DNA of 64,000 nucleotides, taken from the NCBI GenBank assembly GCA_964270895.1, contig OZ185436.1. The stretch is one strand, 5' to 3'. Of this stretch, positions 23,740 to 35,100 are shown in pieces. The stretch's first letter is position 1; every line of letters starts with the position of its first letter. Both the position numbers and the translations under genes were made by a program. This DNA is from Podarcis filfolensis (Eukaryota). Under the pieces are notes generated by a model. The model was not told the origin of the DNA and searched no databases. It worked only from the letters and a program-made list of their open reading frames with translations.

Positions 23740-26321
23740 TATACCAATCAGAAAAAAGATACCTGTAAATGTGTGGGTAAAACTCTTCGGTGTTCTTTGT
23801 CCTAACTGAAGATATTTATTAGCAAAGTTGACATTCTTCACTGGACCAAAACTGCATGTCACGTTGGAACTCTTTGTTTTACACTCCCAATTTGTAAAAC
23901 GGGGTCCAGTTTTAGACTGGAACTGCAAGGGGGGTGGGTGGAGTGGGGTGGGTGGGAGACTAAGATTTTCCCCATGTGCTGTGGCCACCATTCAGATCAC
24001 CCTCATACGTGAGTGGCTGTTGGCTGTAGAGGGGGAACTTGTTCACTTAATTTTTTTTAGCCCACAAGTAGAACCAGTGGCGTAGCGTGGGGGGTGCAGG
24101 GGGGGCCGGCCGCACCGGGCGCAACATCTGGGGTTAGGGCAAATCCATGGGTTAGGGGGCGCAAATCCATGGGTTAGGGGGCGCAAATCCACGGGTTAGG
24201 GGGCGCAAATTACTTGCCTTGCCCCGGGTGCTGACAACCCACGCTACGCCACTGAGTAGAACTTCCTGTTGGCAACATCTGTTCCAGAGGAGCAGTCTAG
24301 ATCACAGCTGTAGGAAGGACTGTACCTTCATCCCCTGTGCCTGATCTCAACTGGAAATGTGTGGCTGCTTTTACAAAAAAGTACATTGCCTTGGACCTCC
24401 GGACGCAGAGCTCCAGAGCTGTATGTAATTTAGCCCCTTAGTGTATAGTAAAATCAAGCTTGGACCAATACACTAGTGTCATTTTGAAGGAAATAACTGG
24501 ACACTTCAATATGTTCTGCAGGGAATTCCTGGCAGTTTTAGAGAATTTCTAATGCCCTTTCATCTTGCCCTTGTCCATGGAACTTGAGTGCACACCAATA
24601 AAAGGAAACTCTGTGGGTCACGTTTATTCTTCTGCAGCATCCATTTAAGGGTTCTCTCTTTTTTCCAGGGGCCTCACAGATGAGTCTGAGATTCTGAAGT
24701 TCTTGCAGCATGGCACATTGGTGGGGCTGCTTCCTGTTCCTCATCCCATCCTGATCCGCAAATACCAGGCTAACTGTGGCACTGCTATGTGGTTCCGCAC
24801 TTACATGTGGGGAGTTATTTATTTGAGGTAAGTCGGCCCAAAACAACCCAAATTCATTTTTCTTCACTGATAGCATGTTGCTGACGAGTGGCCTGCCTTG
24901 TTTTCAGTTAAGTGGTTGGTACTAAAGGCTGCCTTCATAAGCATGAGCTGGAGTTATGCTGTGAATGTTAAATTTTGCACAAAGTAATGGATGCCAAGCC
25001 CCTGTCATGAGCCATGTTGTTAGGTTCTGTACAGAGAATGACATTTCATCTTCAGTAAGATCACTTTGAAGTGTAATCAGGGTTTTATCGGCATCTGAGA
25101 GTAACGTACATTTAGTATTGAACTGGGCTTAGAATTTGAAAACAAAACGGCAATTCAAAATGATGTTTAGATATTGGAAATAAAAAGGGAGAACAATTAT
25201 TCATCAGATGCACTAAATATAGTATGGGGAGTATGGGGTTAAGATACAGGAAAGTAAATTTAAGAGAAAATCCATAATGGGTCATGTTACCCATTATCTT
25301 CACAATAAGCGTCTGCTCAGCCCTAGGCATCTATTCAACTTTCGGTTCTGAACCTTTAAGAAATGCTGCCATTTCATTTTTTGGATCTTTTACCCTCGGG
25401 CATGGGTGCTGGACCTCTGTGTATATTTCCCCTTCTCAGCTAAAGACGGATAATTTCAGGATTTAAACAGTATATTAAAACACAGGTTGCCCATCCTGGT
25501 GGTATGGAATAGTTTAATAATACTACCATGAATGAACTTGCAGTTGCTATAACAATATCAGTAAGGAAATGGTAGACAGTTTATTATAATGTAGAAGTTA
25601 TTATCTCCACCCTGCCTGGGTGGAGATAATTGTTCCAGTGTGACTTTCTGCAGGCATGGACATGGTGACAAGTAAATCTTTTCACAGTTTCTTGTACTTG
25701 CGATCTCTGTTATATGGATTACAAGTGGATCTGAGAGGTTGAAGCAGCATAGGAAGGATATACTTTTAGCCAGCTGCAGCAATGAGTTTACACTGTACAC
25801 ACAAGTTATATATGTTTGGATGATCTGCATCACTTTGATTTGTTAACATTTTTCTTGAGTGTGGGTGTGGGATTTTTTTAAGGTGGGGGGGCCTTGGAGG
25901 AGAAAGAGTTACGAAGCCTCACCACTACTGATCTTCCACAGTTCTGTCTTGTGAAAGAAAATCTTTGGCATCTTCATTTTAGAAGGATCAGAAAGCAGGT
26001 GGATGTAGAATACTTTTATACGTCTGAGACTCTGGAGTGCTGCTTCCAGTCTGAGTAGAGCAGAAAGATAATGAAGAAATAGTTGGGGAAAGACATGTGA
26101 CTGAGCATCACAAACAGTGTGGCCCTCAGCAACTTGTGTCTGTTGACCTCATGCGCTTGCAAATCTGTTGAAGTTTTGTGAACATTGTAACTATCCTAGA
26201 TGGGAAAACGCCAGGATTTGTGTTTGCCTAATAAAACAAACTTCTGTTTCTCTTCAGGAATGTGGATCCCCCTATCTGGTATGACACGGATGTAAAGCTG
26301 TTTGAAATTCAGCGAGTCTAA
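2622..26321 (+). CDS. HID1: HID1 domain-containing protein (Golgi/dense-core vesicle factor), 5'-partial; 16 coding exons (about exons 4-19), 2001 nt = 666 aa + stop
   Basis: Joined exons 2622-2735, 6489-6595, 7522-7635, 9226-9448, 11235-11291, 11404-11544, 12373-12463, 14129-14280, 14698-14776, 17432-17596, 18220-18447, 19124-19257, 21681-21761, 22830-22921, 24669-24827, 26258-26321. All are GT-AG and phase-compatible. The translation matches recalled HID1 through to the C-terminus NVDPPIWYDTDVKLFEIQRV*. Synteny with OTOP3/OTOP2/USH1G. Earlier exons were not found in the window. Confidence 0.96.
6489..6595 (+). CDS. HID1: HID1 coding exon (~5)
   Basis: tccag|DTAEDIHAIDSCEYIWEAGVGFAHSPQPSYNHDLNR|gtaag. 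Confidence 0.95.
6974..7225 (-). mobile_element. BovB (RTE) LINE 3' fragment
   Basis: Reverse complement closely matches about 15840-16090, including the (caa) tail. Confidence 0.9.
7522..7635 (+). CDS. HID1: HID1 coding exon (~6)
   Basis: ttcag|TELLKLLLTCFSEVMYLPPSSDSNSNPWVQFFCSTENR|gtgag. Confidence 0.95.
7719..7855. mobile_element. Palindromic hAT-type MITE
   Basis: CAGGCATCCCCAA...TTGGGGATGCCTG; 8-bp TSD ttatatag/ttctatag (1 mismatch). Confidence 0.8.
9226..9448 (+). CDS. HID1: HID1 coding exon (~7)
   Basis: tttag|HALPLFTSLLNIVCAYDPVGYGIPYNHLLFSDYREPL...MDDAD|gtgagt. Confidence 0.95.
11235..11291 (+). CDS. HID1: HID1 coding exon (~8)
   Basis: tgcag|PPGPDNLFVNYLSRIHREE|gtatt. Confidence 0.94.
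11404..11544 (+). CDS. HID1: HID1 coding exon (~9)
   Basis: ggcag|DFQFILKGVARLLSNPLVQTYLPNSTKKIQFHQELLVLFWKLCDFNK|gtgca. Confidence 0.94.
12373..12463 (+). CDS. HID1: HID1 coding exon (~10)
   Basis: ttcag|KFLFFVLKSSDVLDILVPILFFLNDARADQ|gtaagt. Confidence 0.95.
13211..13441. mobile_element. Tigger-like MITE carrying an internal TACAGTA
   Basis: Same family as 405-630; TA flanks; 5 extra nt at 13382-13386. Confidence 0.88.
13774..13958 (-). mobile_element. tRNA-head SINE (Squam3-like)
   Basis: Minus strand reads gggctacagctcagtggtagagcatctgc (A-box head) through gagctagatggac...cagtataaggcagc; family name from recall. Confidence 0.7.
14129..14280 (+). CDS. HID1: HID1 coding exon (~11)
   Basis: tacag|RVGLMHIGVFILLLLSGERNFGVRLNKPYSVRVPMDIPVFTGTHADLLII|gtgagt. 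Confidence 0.95.
14698..14776 (+). CDS. HID1: HID1 coding exon (~12)
   Basis: tccag|VFHKIITSGHQRLQPLFDCLLTIIVN|gtaag. Confidence 0.95.
14838..16091 (+). mobile_element. 5'-truncated BovB (RTE) LINE, RT domain to 3' end, with 2 premature stops
   Basis: ORFs 14845-15324, 15331-15714 and 15754-16083 are in one frame (QAGFRRGRGTRDQIA, GVRQGCILSP, RYAD*); (caa) tail; TSD ATGTTTAAA at 14829-14837 and 16092-16100. Confidence 0.95.
17222..17369. other. Assembly gap (148 N) in a HID1 intron
   Basis: Run of n. Confidence 0.99.
17432..17596 (+). CDS. HID1: HID1 coding exon (~13)
   Basis: tccag|SPYLKSLSMVAANKLLHLLEAFSTTWFLFSSVQNHHLVFFLLEVFNNIIQYQFD|gtgagt. Confidence 0.95.
18220..18447 (+). CDS. HID1: HID1 coding exon (~14)
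   Basis: cctag|NSNLVYAIIRKRNVFHQLANLP...PAEPGTLKASLVATP|gtcag. Confidence 0.95.
19124..19257 (+). CDS. HID1: HID1 coding exon (~15); donor position less certain
   Basis: ttcag|IDKLTEKAQVSEDGTMRSLEPE...VISDTESWSG|gtacgg. A phase-0 end is required by the next exon. Confidence 0.82.
19380..19605. mobile_element. Tigger-like MITE
   Basis: TA|CACTGGTACCTC...GAGGTACCACTG|TA. Confidence 0.85.
19790..19910 (+). mobile_element. CR1-like LINE 3' end fragment
   Basis: gagaggttggatggcca...gatgacccttgaggg...ttccaactctaccattctatgatt resembles recalled CR1 3' termini; boundaries approximate. Confidence 0.55.
20193..20228. repeat. (GT)n microsatellite
   Basis: Direct read. Confidence 0.95.
21681..21761 (+). 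CDS. HID1: HID1 coding exon (~16)
   Basis: cttag|ESLQPRRERRRQSSASSVGQWNPTPEW|gtgaga. Confidence 0.9.
22322..22542. mobile_element. Tigger-like MITE, second subfamily
   Basis: TA|CAGTGGTACCTTGGTT...AACCAAGGTACCACTG|TA; different internal sequence. Confidence 0.85.
22830..22921 (+). CDS. HID1: HID1 coding exon (~17)
   Basis: tgtag|VVSWKSKLPLQTIMRLLQVLVPQVEKICIDK|gtaagt. Confidence 0.95.
23512..23740 (+). mobile_element. L2-like LINE 3' end with (ATT)n tail
   Basis: tggaacaccctcccaccagatgtcaagg...agaagacatctgaaggcagccc...gccgcccagagtggctgggg...(tta)n; sibling copy at about 41980-42235. Confidence 0.75.
24075..24254. mobile_element. hAT (Tip100-like TIR) MITE with internal TTAGGG-containing 22-bp repeats
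   Basis: 17-bp perfect TIR CAGTGGCGTAGCGTGGG; 8-bp TSD AGTAGAAC. Confidence 0.9.
24669..24827 (+). CDS. HID1: HID1 coding exon (~18)
   Basis: tccag|GLTDESEILKFLQHGTLVGLLPVPHPILIRKYQANCGTAMWFRTYMWGVIYLR|gtaagt. Confidence 0.95.
26258..26321 (+). CDS. HID1: HID1 last coding exon (~19)
   Basis: ttcag|NVDPPIWYDTDVKLFEIQRV* (TAA at 26319-26321). Confidence 0.95.
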
Positions 26322-29039
26322 GGAACGGGGAAGAGAGGGAGGAACTTGCCCCTGTTGAGAGGGGAACACTGGAAACAAGGATCTTGCTGTGCGCTTCTTC
26401 ATCACAGCTCTTCCTTCATTTCACTGCCTGCTGAGTGATCCAAAGGACAATCACCTCCATTTACTGACCTGCCACTTTCAAGCTGAGGACCCCCCCTAAA
26501 AATCTTCCCTCACCCCCAGCTCCCAGGGAACTTTGATGGAAGAATGTGCAAGGAAAGCTTTGGGTGGTTGCACTGAAAACCAACCCATATATCACCATGC
26601 TGTTCTTCTGCTTCTGGGTGGGGTTCTGAACCTGACTAGCTAGAGAAGCGATCTTTTCATTCCCTGGTCAGATTCAGCCTTTCAATTTAAAATATGCTGA
26701 ATGTAAAGAGTGATATAAAACTGGACCAATGAAGGAAGTGCTACCGCAGAAGGTAGCTCTGTGGTTTCCCCCCCCAAAGAATGTATCCTACCACCACTTT
26801 TATGTTGCCCACCTTGCTGGTGTTTTGCTTTATTGTAACTACCCAGGGTGGAGTAGTAGCTTTTACTAGGTGGCTGTGGGGTTCTATTTATTTAAGTCAC
26901 TTCAGGTTAATCTTCTGGGTCTGGTTGTTTCTTTCCTGTCACTGAAAATGTGCTTAACTACTTTGTATTGGTGCTGTAATGTAGCATCCACATTCCTCTT
27001 CCCTCGTCCTTCGTCCCTTTTAATGGTGGATGTGTGTCTAAGATGCATCACACTGTGTTTGTTTCTGGGAAAGCTGTTCTGACGTGGGACATGTGGCGAG
27101 AGGGCGGGAAGGGGTGGACCCATGCTCTTTTTCAGGGATTTAGAGAATCGTTTTGTTGTGTTTAATGATAACTGTAGGCAGTAAGACTGCTAGAATGAAG
27201 TTTAATTATTTAAGAAGCTGCGCCGTGTGGCTTCTGTTCTGGGTTGCTTAAGATAGATTTATAGATTCAAAGTTAGCGGGGGGAAATGGGAATTTCTCCC
27301 TAGCAAAATTCATGAGGGACTGGCAAAGGCTGGTTGATAGACCACATGCCTTTGGAATGTGTCTCTGAGGAATCGACATGAATTTGAAAAGTGTTCTTAC
27401 AGAGGAATGTGAGTTTTCTATTTTCAGAATTTGAGATTTATGCTTAGACCTGGGTTAGCTAACATGAGTTTAATTAGTTTTGTATCTTACGATGCAAGCC
27501 AACATCCTCTTGCAAATATGGTCATGGAATGACAGGTCCATTTCTGGCTGATCACCACTTGAGTCTAAGATTCTTCAGACTCCCCAGAAGGCTCTCAGAG
27601 GGTCCAGGGGCCACCACCAGTTTGGAATCACAGTTTTTGTTCACTATGGGTAGTTCTTGCTCACTTATAGGGAATGAGAGATGTGTTCTGCAGTCATCAC
27701 CTCTCTGCCAGCTTTCACCTGACCCTTAACTGGAAGTTCTGCAATTAGGAGGCCATTTTGCTGGGTTGTTTGTTTTTTTTACTTACAGATTGCTTTTCTC
27801 AAACTTCCAGGTTGTTAAAGATTTGCAACTGATGTCATAGAAATGTATGGCTACATCTGCAGAATATAGTACCAATGTGGTTTGATTATTTTGCTCAAGA
27901 ATTTAGGTTATCCTAAACAGGATAGGGTAGGCTAACTTGGACAGAATTGGCAAATTCTAGGTTTTATCTGGAGCTTATTCTAAATATTTAAAAGATGAAA
28001 ATAGATGAAGAATTTAAAGGACAAATATCCTTTATCTCACTCCTTTCTCATTGGCAAAACTAATCTATTCATCTCACCTTCCACCTCCACTGGCAGACTG
28101 AAGTTCATACTTTCCCTGGAATGTCTTTGATTTTTCAAATGTGATTTGGTAGTGCTCTGGCAAGGGTCTGGCTGAGTGTATCACACTGTACCAGACACTG
28201 ATCTGTCCCATTCCCTTTCACACAGAGACGCTTTTGTGAGTACCCCATCTTTTTATTTTGTGTCAATGTGTCCTTGTGAATTTATCTTGACTTTTGCATT
28301 CGTTGGTGTTGCAGGTCTGCTCTTTGTTCCATGAAAAATCAGAGTTGCACTGTAAACTATTTGCTTTACATATAGAGATAAAATTATCTTAAAACACCGC
28401 AATGGGCTTTCCTCTGTGTCTGTATCTCCAGAAGGTTTATGAGCTTGTTTGGTACTGTTTGATTTATGATGATCTGGCGTCCTTTGCAACATGTAACTTT
28501 CCATTAAAGGCATGGCTGCACAGGAGTTCCCGATTCAACACAACTGCTAAACTGGAAGCAGCACCTGGAGAGAGATGTCACAGATAAGTTCAGAGCATTT
28601 GCACAGTTCCTTGCATCGATTAACAGAAAGCCATACGGTGAATGTAGGCTCCAACTGGGTGCCATATTTATTCAAGGATTTTTAAACTGCTTCCCAACAA
28701 ATGTTTCTGAAGCAGCGTTCAACAGAAATATATTTTAAAAATTCATAAGCAACGAAATATACACAACTGTTTTTTAAAGCATATATTTAAAATGTCAAAC
28801 TGCAAAATTCTGTGTAATCCAGTATGAAATGGCTGGGTCATTTTGACTTTCTTAAAAAGATAAGAAACGTCTTTAAAAGATAAGTGTTCAGTAGCTGCTA
28901 AAAGTAAAGATGCTAAGCACACGTCTGTTCAGTGGGAGGCTGATTACTTAGAGCTACAGCCACAACACTAAAGACCTGCTTCCCAAGTTGAGATCAAATG
29001 TACTTTTGGGATATTCAGAACTCTTAACAACACCCCATC

Positions 29040-29540
29040 AGAGGAATGCAATTGCTGACCAAGGATATACGTAGCAAGATGCCCTTCAGGTAACCTGGCC
29101 CCAGGTTGCATAGGGCTTTAAACACTGAAAGCAAACTCTTGAACTGAGCCCTATAGCATTTTGGCAGTCCATGCAGTTCTCTTAGCGGAGGTGCTATATG
29201 CTGTTGGGAAGACGTTGCAGTTAACAGCCTGGTTGCTGCATTCTGCACTAGCTGCAGCTTTCTGGGAATCCCCCACGTGCAGTACGTTGCAGGCATCCAG
29301 TCTTGAGGTCCCTAACTCCAGTGGCCACTATGGTCTTACCAGATGAAGCTGGTAAAAGGCACTCCTAGCAACCGAGGCTACCTGTGCCTTCAGTGACAAA
29401 GAGGGATCCAGGAGCATGGCAGGACTCCATTCTTGTTCATTCAGAAGGGAGTGAAGCCCCATCCAGAGCAGGTAACTCCTGTTTCTTGGATGCAGGAGCC
29501 ACTCACCCACAAGGCCTCCATCTCAACAGGGTTTAAATGT
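29040..29540 (-). mobile_element. Degenerate L2 LINE ORF2 fragment
   Basis: AQVASVARSAFYQLHLVR and KLQLVQNAATRLLT...LRELHGLP...AQFK...KALCNLGPGYL, typical of the L2 ORF2 C-terminus; boundaries approximate. Confidence 0.8.
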
Positions 29541-31323
29541 AGCTTAGGGGTCCTCACCCATCCATTCCCCCATGCCTGCAACGAGCTTACAGGTTTGTCA
29601 AATTAGGGTGTGCAGAAGAAGTCCATCTGCAGAGCAATATGGGAAACCAAAAGCATTGGACATGAACATGTTCTGAAAGCAATGTGGGAATTTGAATGGG
29701 ATGTTTAAAATCCTGATCAGCTTATGCAATGGATCTGTTTGAACTTAACTGTCATAGGACAGGCCCAGCTTCCCATGTGTATACTCCAGTCCAGGCAGCC
29801 TCCCTTGCACATACAGAGTTCTTTGTTGCAAGATCTATAACCCTTTCCCTAATTCTTCGTTTAAAAAGAGGACTAACCTTCAGTAAGTTCCTTTGATGGG
29901 ATCCTGTGCTTTTGCCCATGAGGATTAGGGTAATAATTAACTTTTAAGAGTGCTAATTTATCCAGCTTTTATTTCTTCTGACAGTTCCTGTTGACATAAG
30001 GCTGGGTAAAATTAACAGAGATGCAAAGTCCAAAAGCGTAAGACCTTTTGCCCTATAAGTCCAAGTGAAATAGTCTCCACACTGTTGGACAGGCATGGGA
30101 ACCTAAGACCTGTGCATACTGTTTTTGCCTCTCATAACTCCTTATTATTATTATTTTTAAAAAGGACGTCAAGCCCATACCTTGACCAAGAAATTGCTTG
30201 AGAGTGGTTTATTTTGCAGGAGAGTAATAAAACGAGATGTTTACAGTTCCATCTATTAGCCTTCGGCAACAAGAAGGATTTAGATAGTGCTAAAAGATGA
30301 ATTGATTGCAACGCCAGGAGCAGCTTTTAATCCTTTATATAATGGATCACCAGGCTGAGCCAAGACCTATTATAATTTAGTGGCAGCTTTTCATTGTGTT
30401 CTACTGGCTTTGCTGTGTCCTGAACACGGGTGAAATGCAGATTGCACATGCAATAAACTTTGAACATTTAGCTAGCCATATTAACTGCTTAATGATGTGG
30501 CTTTTCAAGGTTCGCCACAGTGCCATCACAATTGCTACAGATCGAATGCAATGTCTTCAAAACTATACATCACATCTGTTCCCAGTTCAGTGTTACTAGA
30601 TAAATCATGGAAACAGAATTAGACTATTGGCCCATGCTAACTTAAAAAACGTGTGATTGCATTCTGAACACTTTATACTCCTTGTCTTATTCCATCATGT
30701 CCTGGGGACGTCCTCTAAACAAGGCTTTCTAGTGGGAATGGGACAACTATTGAGGCTATGTGAGTATCCTGAGGGTCCTTTGTCCCTTTCCACACCCCCT
30801 AAAGTCCTATAAATTGTTGTAAACCCCTGACAATAAAAGTTTAATAGCCCAGTGTCAGCAGAGATCAAAACTCAAATCATTCGCTCAAATACAGTAGTTA
30901 CTTTGAAGGCAATATTGGAAAACTGGTGTTACAGATTTTCTTGCTCCTTTTCTGCTTCATACCAGGTTATGTTTCAGTCTTCCTGAGCATTACTACATGC
31001 GCTATATGCCTATTGAAGCAACACGAAGGACAAAACTCCAGAAGCATCTCTGGAACTGCCAGACATGCATCAAATTCAGACATTGTGGTTTGTTAACTCT
31101 TTAGATGTGGATGGGTGTTAACACGAGTATTCGCTTACCGTGTCCTTTTCAAAATGCCTCTGGCGACCCGCTTCTCAGTCTCTGAAGGCTGGTTCTTGCA
31201 CCCCAAAGGATTGACATATTCATGGAAGGTGACGGTTTTGCCCAAGGGATTGTTGGGCCCAGCTCAGTTCCCACATCTTCCAAGTCTTGTGTTTCTCATT
31301 AATGGTTGTTTAGCATAATTGTA

Positions 31324-31661
31324 GGGACGCGGGTGGCACTGTGGGTTAAACCACAGAGCCTAGGACTTGCCAATCAGAAGTTTGATGGTTCGAATCCCTG
31401 CGACGGGGTGAGCTCCTGTTGCTCGGTCCCTGCTCCTGCCAACCTAGCAGTTCGAAAGCACGTCAAAGTGCAAGTAGATACATAGGTACCGCTTTGGCGG
31501 GAAGGTAAATGGTGTTTACGTGCGCTGCTCTGGTTTGCCAGAAGCGGCTTAGTCATGCTGGCCACATGACCCAGAAGCTGTACGCCGGCTCCCTCGGCCA
31601 ATAAACCGAGATGAGCACTGGTCACGACTTGACCTTGTGGTCAGGGGTCCCTTTACCTTAC
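31324..31661 (+). mobile_element. Sauria SINE, full length
   Basis: gggacgcgggtggc head to ctttacc tail; 13-bp TSD TAGCATAATTGTA (31311-31323 / 31662-31674). Confidence 0.92.
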
Positions 31662-31934
31662 TAGCATAATTGTAATTAGAGGTTATAATGTACACAGAAT
31701 GTGTCAGTTCTATAATAATCTGTTATGGGATGTGCATTCTCCCATGACATAGTAGGCTATGTACCAAGAAGGTTAAATTTACTTTGATTCCCCCACCCCA
31801 GTTTCGTAAACTGTTCAAACTGTAGCCACAATTTCCACTTTTTAATGTCATATTCTCATAACAGTCACTGGCTTCCATAAATATTTCAGTGAAGTTTTCA
31901 CTCTGCTGTCCATGTATGAAGGCTTGAGTTGAGT

Positions 31935-32105
31935 TCAAGCAGATCGGTACACCTCCAGAAGATCGCCAACGGAATGCATCCTGTAGAACACACCCAAGGG
32001 AAGCCCGAAATTGACAATAACAAACCAGGTAGAGTAGCCATAAAATGATTTCTCTATTCCATTCTCGAACACCGGATGCGCTCCAAATGATGGCATGATC
32101 CATAA
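31935..32105 (-). CDS. OTOP3: OTOP3 last coding exon
   Basis: ttcag|LWIMPSFGAHPVFENGIEKSFYGYSTWFVIVNFGLPLGVFYRMHSVGDLLEVYRSA*. Confidence 0.95.
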   Translation of the reverse strand, partial: LWIMPSFGAHPVFENGIEKSFYGYSTWFVIVNFGLPLGVFYRMHSVGDLLEVYRSA

Positions 32106-35100
32106 CTGAAAAGGGGTGTGAATAGAGCAAAAACCAGAGAATGTTTGTCAGTCGAAGCTCAGGGAAGGGGGACAGTTAATATAGAGATACCTCAAGGTAT
32201 TTTTTGCCTTTGATTTAGGCCCTCACTTCCTGTTCCTCCTTTTCCAGTGACCTGAAAATCAAAGCAACCTTGGTTCTATGTGCCAGGGTTGTCTCCGGCT
32301 GCTAGTGTGATCCCATATACAAAGGTCTATCAATCCTCTTGTTTTCTTGCCCCCCCCCCCCCGCCAAGTACTGTTTTTCCTAGAAAGAGATGCCGGACCT
32401 CACCATGAACTTCTCCCTCGTTCTCTTAGAATGGCAATGACGCCCACCTGAGAGGTGCCAGAGCTGAGCTCCAGCTGAAAAAAAAGTGCTGCCCTGACCC
32501 TTATATTAAGGATGAGCAAACCGTGTTCTCATGCATTGCAGATTTTAGAAGAGATGTTTCATGGGTGCCCTGGGAGGTACTAACAAGCACAGTGGTGCTC
32601 ACAGATGGTGTGTTGGCAAACTCTGCCCTAACTAATATTAACTGCTTGTAGCTTTGAGAATTGTCTTTGTCTCAAAGTAAGAGGGAAAAGTGAGGGCTGG
32701 TGGCAGTATACCTCAAGTAGAGATGGGAGCTACTCGTGTTCCTGGGCAGGCTTTGGGGCTCTTCACTACAATCCGCACCTCAGTTTTCTATATGCACTGA
32801 AGTCAAGCACTTACTATGATGTTGCACATGATCAAGAAGCTAGAGATCTCTTTCAGAGCTTTCCTCTTCCAGTTCAAATGGCTGTAGGTCTGGATGTAGG
32901 TCTGTGAAGCTTTGCGGATGTCCTGCCTTCTCTCTGGGTTGCAAACTTTTGGGACACTAGCATGTTCACATTTCTCCCCTTCATTGGGATCTGCCTCCTT
33001 GTTGGCTGTGGATGAGACAGGTTCTTGACAGTCAGATGATGCAATCATTTCTTCACTGAGTGGGCTCTGGGTTGAGGTAGAGCCATTCCTGGAATGTTCA
33101 GCCTGGCTGCGACCTTCATTTGCCGGCAGTGGCTGTCTATGGAGCCCCTCAATAATGAAGATGTTCTGGGTGATGTGCTGAATGATGAGGCTCACCGAAT
33201 AGGCTAGGATGATGCTGTTCAACAAATCCGTTGGGTCTGTGGCCACAATGGCCACAATGGAAAAGTAAGAGATGCCGATCTGGCCTAAGGCTGCTCCCAT
33301 GAGCAATATCACATCGAGGCTTCGTGTTGGGTTTTTTAGCGTGTCCAGCTCCCTCTCTTCTAAGCCATGGGTGATGGTTCCAATTAAGGCTCCTAGTGTC
33401 ATCACAGGCAACAAAACGATGTAGTAGGAATAATAGAGAATGAATGCTTGATGGCTCGGGGAGGAGCTGGTGGCTTGGACCTGATACATCATGAAAATGC
33501 AGATGCCAGCGATCACTGCGAAGATGCCCAGCAGCGGCCCGAAAATGACCCCATGGGGTTTGAATCTGGGCTTGGCACAAGTACTATGGTGCTGAGCTAT
33601 GCGCCGGCCCACGTTCTTCCACATGACATAAAGCATGGAGCAGCAGATCAGGCAGTATTCCGTGTTGAAGGGGTACAGCAAAATATAGCCATTCTGGAAG
33701 ACCTTGCAGCCTGTTTTGTTGGAGCACCTGCAGGAGCTGGTCCCATTGCCTGGAATAAGATGGGGAGAATTAGAAGACTTCTATGAAGTTTGCACATGAA
33801 AAGGTGCTGGAATCAAATGCTGATACTCAACCTGCATGGGGCATTACTGTCTTAACCCATCAGTATTGGCACACATTTCTTTTTGAAAGGCACATGACTT
33901 TATTTCTGTTCTTGGCTCCTTGTGAATTACGCCTGATTGCAGCTCTGTGTGTTTTTTGATCTTGTCTGTTTAATATTGGCATTTTAAGTTATCAGGACAG
34001 GCACAGACCAAGTAATCCAGTGATTAGACTACAGTTTGTCACATTACAAGGAAACTGGACATATCTGGAGCCACCAATCACGGTACTACTGTTGGACCAT
34101 TCTCCCCTCTCTCCTACTTATCGAGGTACAGGACTGGAACTCTAAATTCTGCAATACAGTTGGGAAAGGAGGCATCAGATTGACTGGGTTTCTATTGAAG
34201 TGATGGACGTAAGGCAGGAGTTGATAATGCAGGTGAGCTGTGTACAGGTGAGCTGCATGCAAGCTGCCGGCCAGCCCTGTAGAGCCTCCTTTTATTGAGA
34301 CAAATATGCAAACCAAGCAGATACATTTTGGGCTGTGACCTTTACACATCTTCCGGTCCTGAGATCGTGGGGTGGTACAAAGGTATTTTGGCACCTGTTT
34401 CCACCGCGTCATTTTCCCCTTGCACAGTGTATGACGAAGGAGACAAAAGGTCTCAGAAACAAAGGTTACAGACAGGACACCACAGACTACTGAGACCGCA
34501 AAAGGTTAGACAGAGGCAACCATGTTCAGACAGCCGTGGCTTTGTCTGTGAGGGGTGTATGTGCTCCGCACCCCAAGGTCACACGTGCAGGCAGGCTGAG
34601 GCTGCCTGCGGGTGGGGAGTGTGCTCCCTCCGGACCCCACTCCCCACTCCGCGATCATCCCTACATTCTATTCCTCATATAGGTCTACAACAGGCATGGC
34701 CAAACTTGGCCCTCCAGCTGTTTTGGAACTACAACTACCATCATCCCTAGCTAACAGGACCAGTGGTCAGGGATGATGGGAATTGTAGTCCCAAAACAGC
34801 TGGAGGGCCAAGTTTGGCCATCACTGGTCTACAAGAAGCAGGACCTCTCCACCCCCAAAATGGTTTTGCATATAGAAAACCATTTGTATTGTCATATTCG
34901 TGTTCTGCTTTTGGGCTTGGCTATGTTGAAAACAGGATGCTGGACTATAAATGATCCATCAGGGCTCACTTAATTTCAGTGAGCAAATAACCCACTCTGC
35001 TTTCCAATCACCTAAGCTATCAATAGAGTTCATAACCTAAGTTAGCATCTTATTGCATGTGATGTCTTCACAATCACAGTTTTTCTGTGTGGAAATGTGC

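Noticed and set aside
24120-24210. Interstitial telomere / fusion site
   Set aside because: The TTAGGG motifs are isolated within a 22-bp unit inside a TIR/TSD-bounded MITE; there is no pure (TTAGGG)n array.
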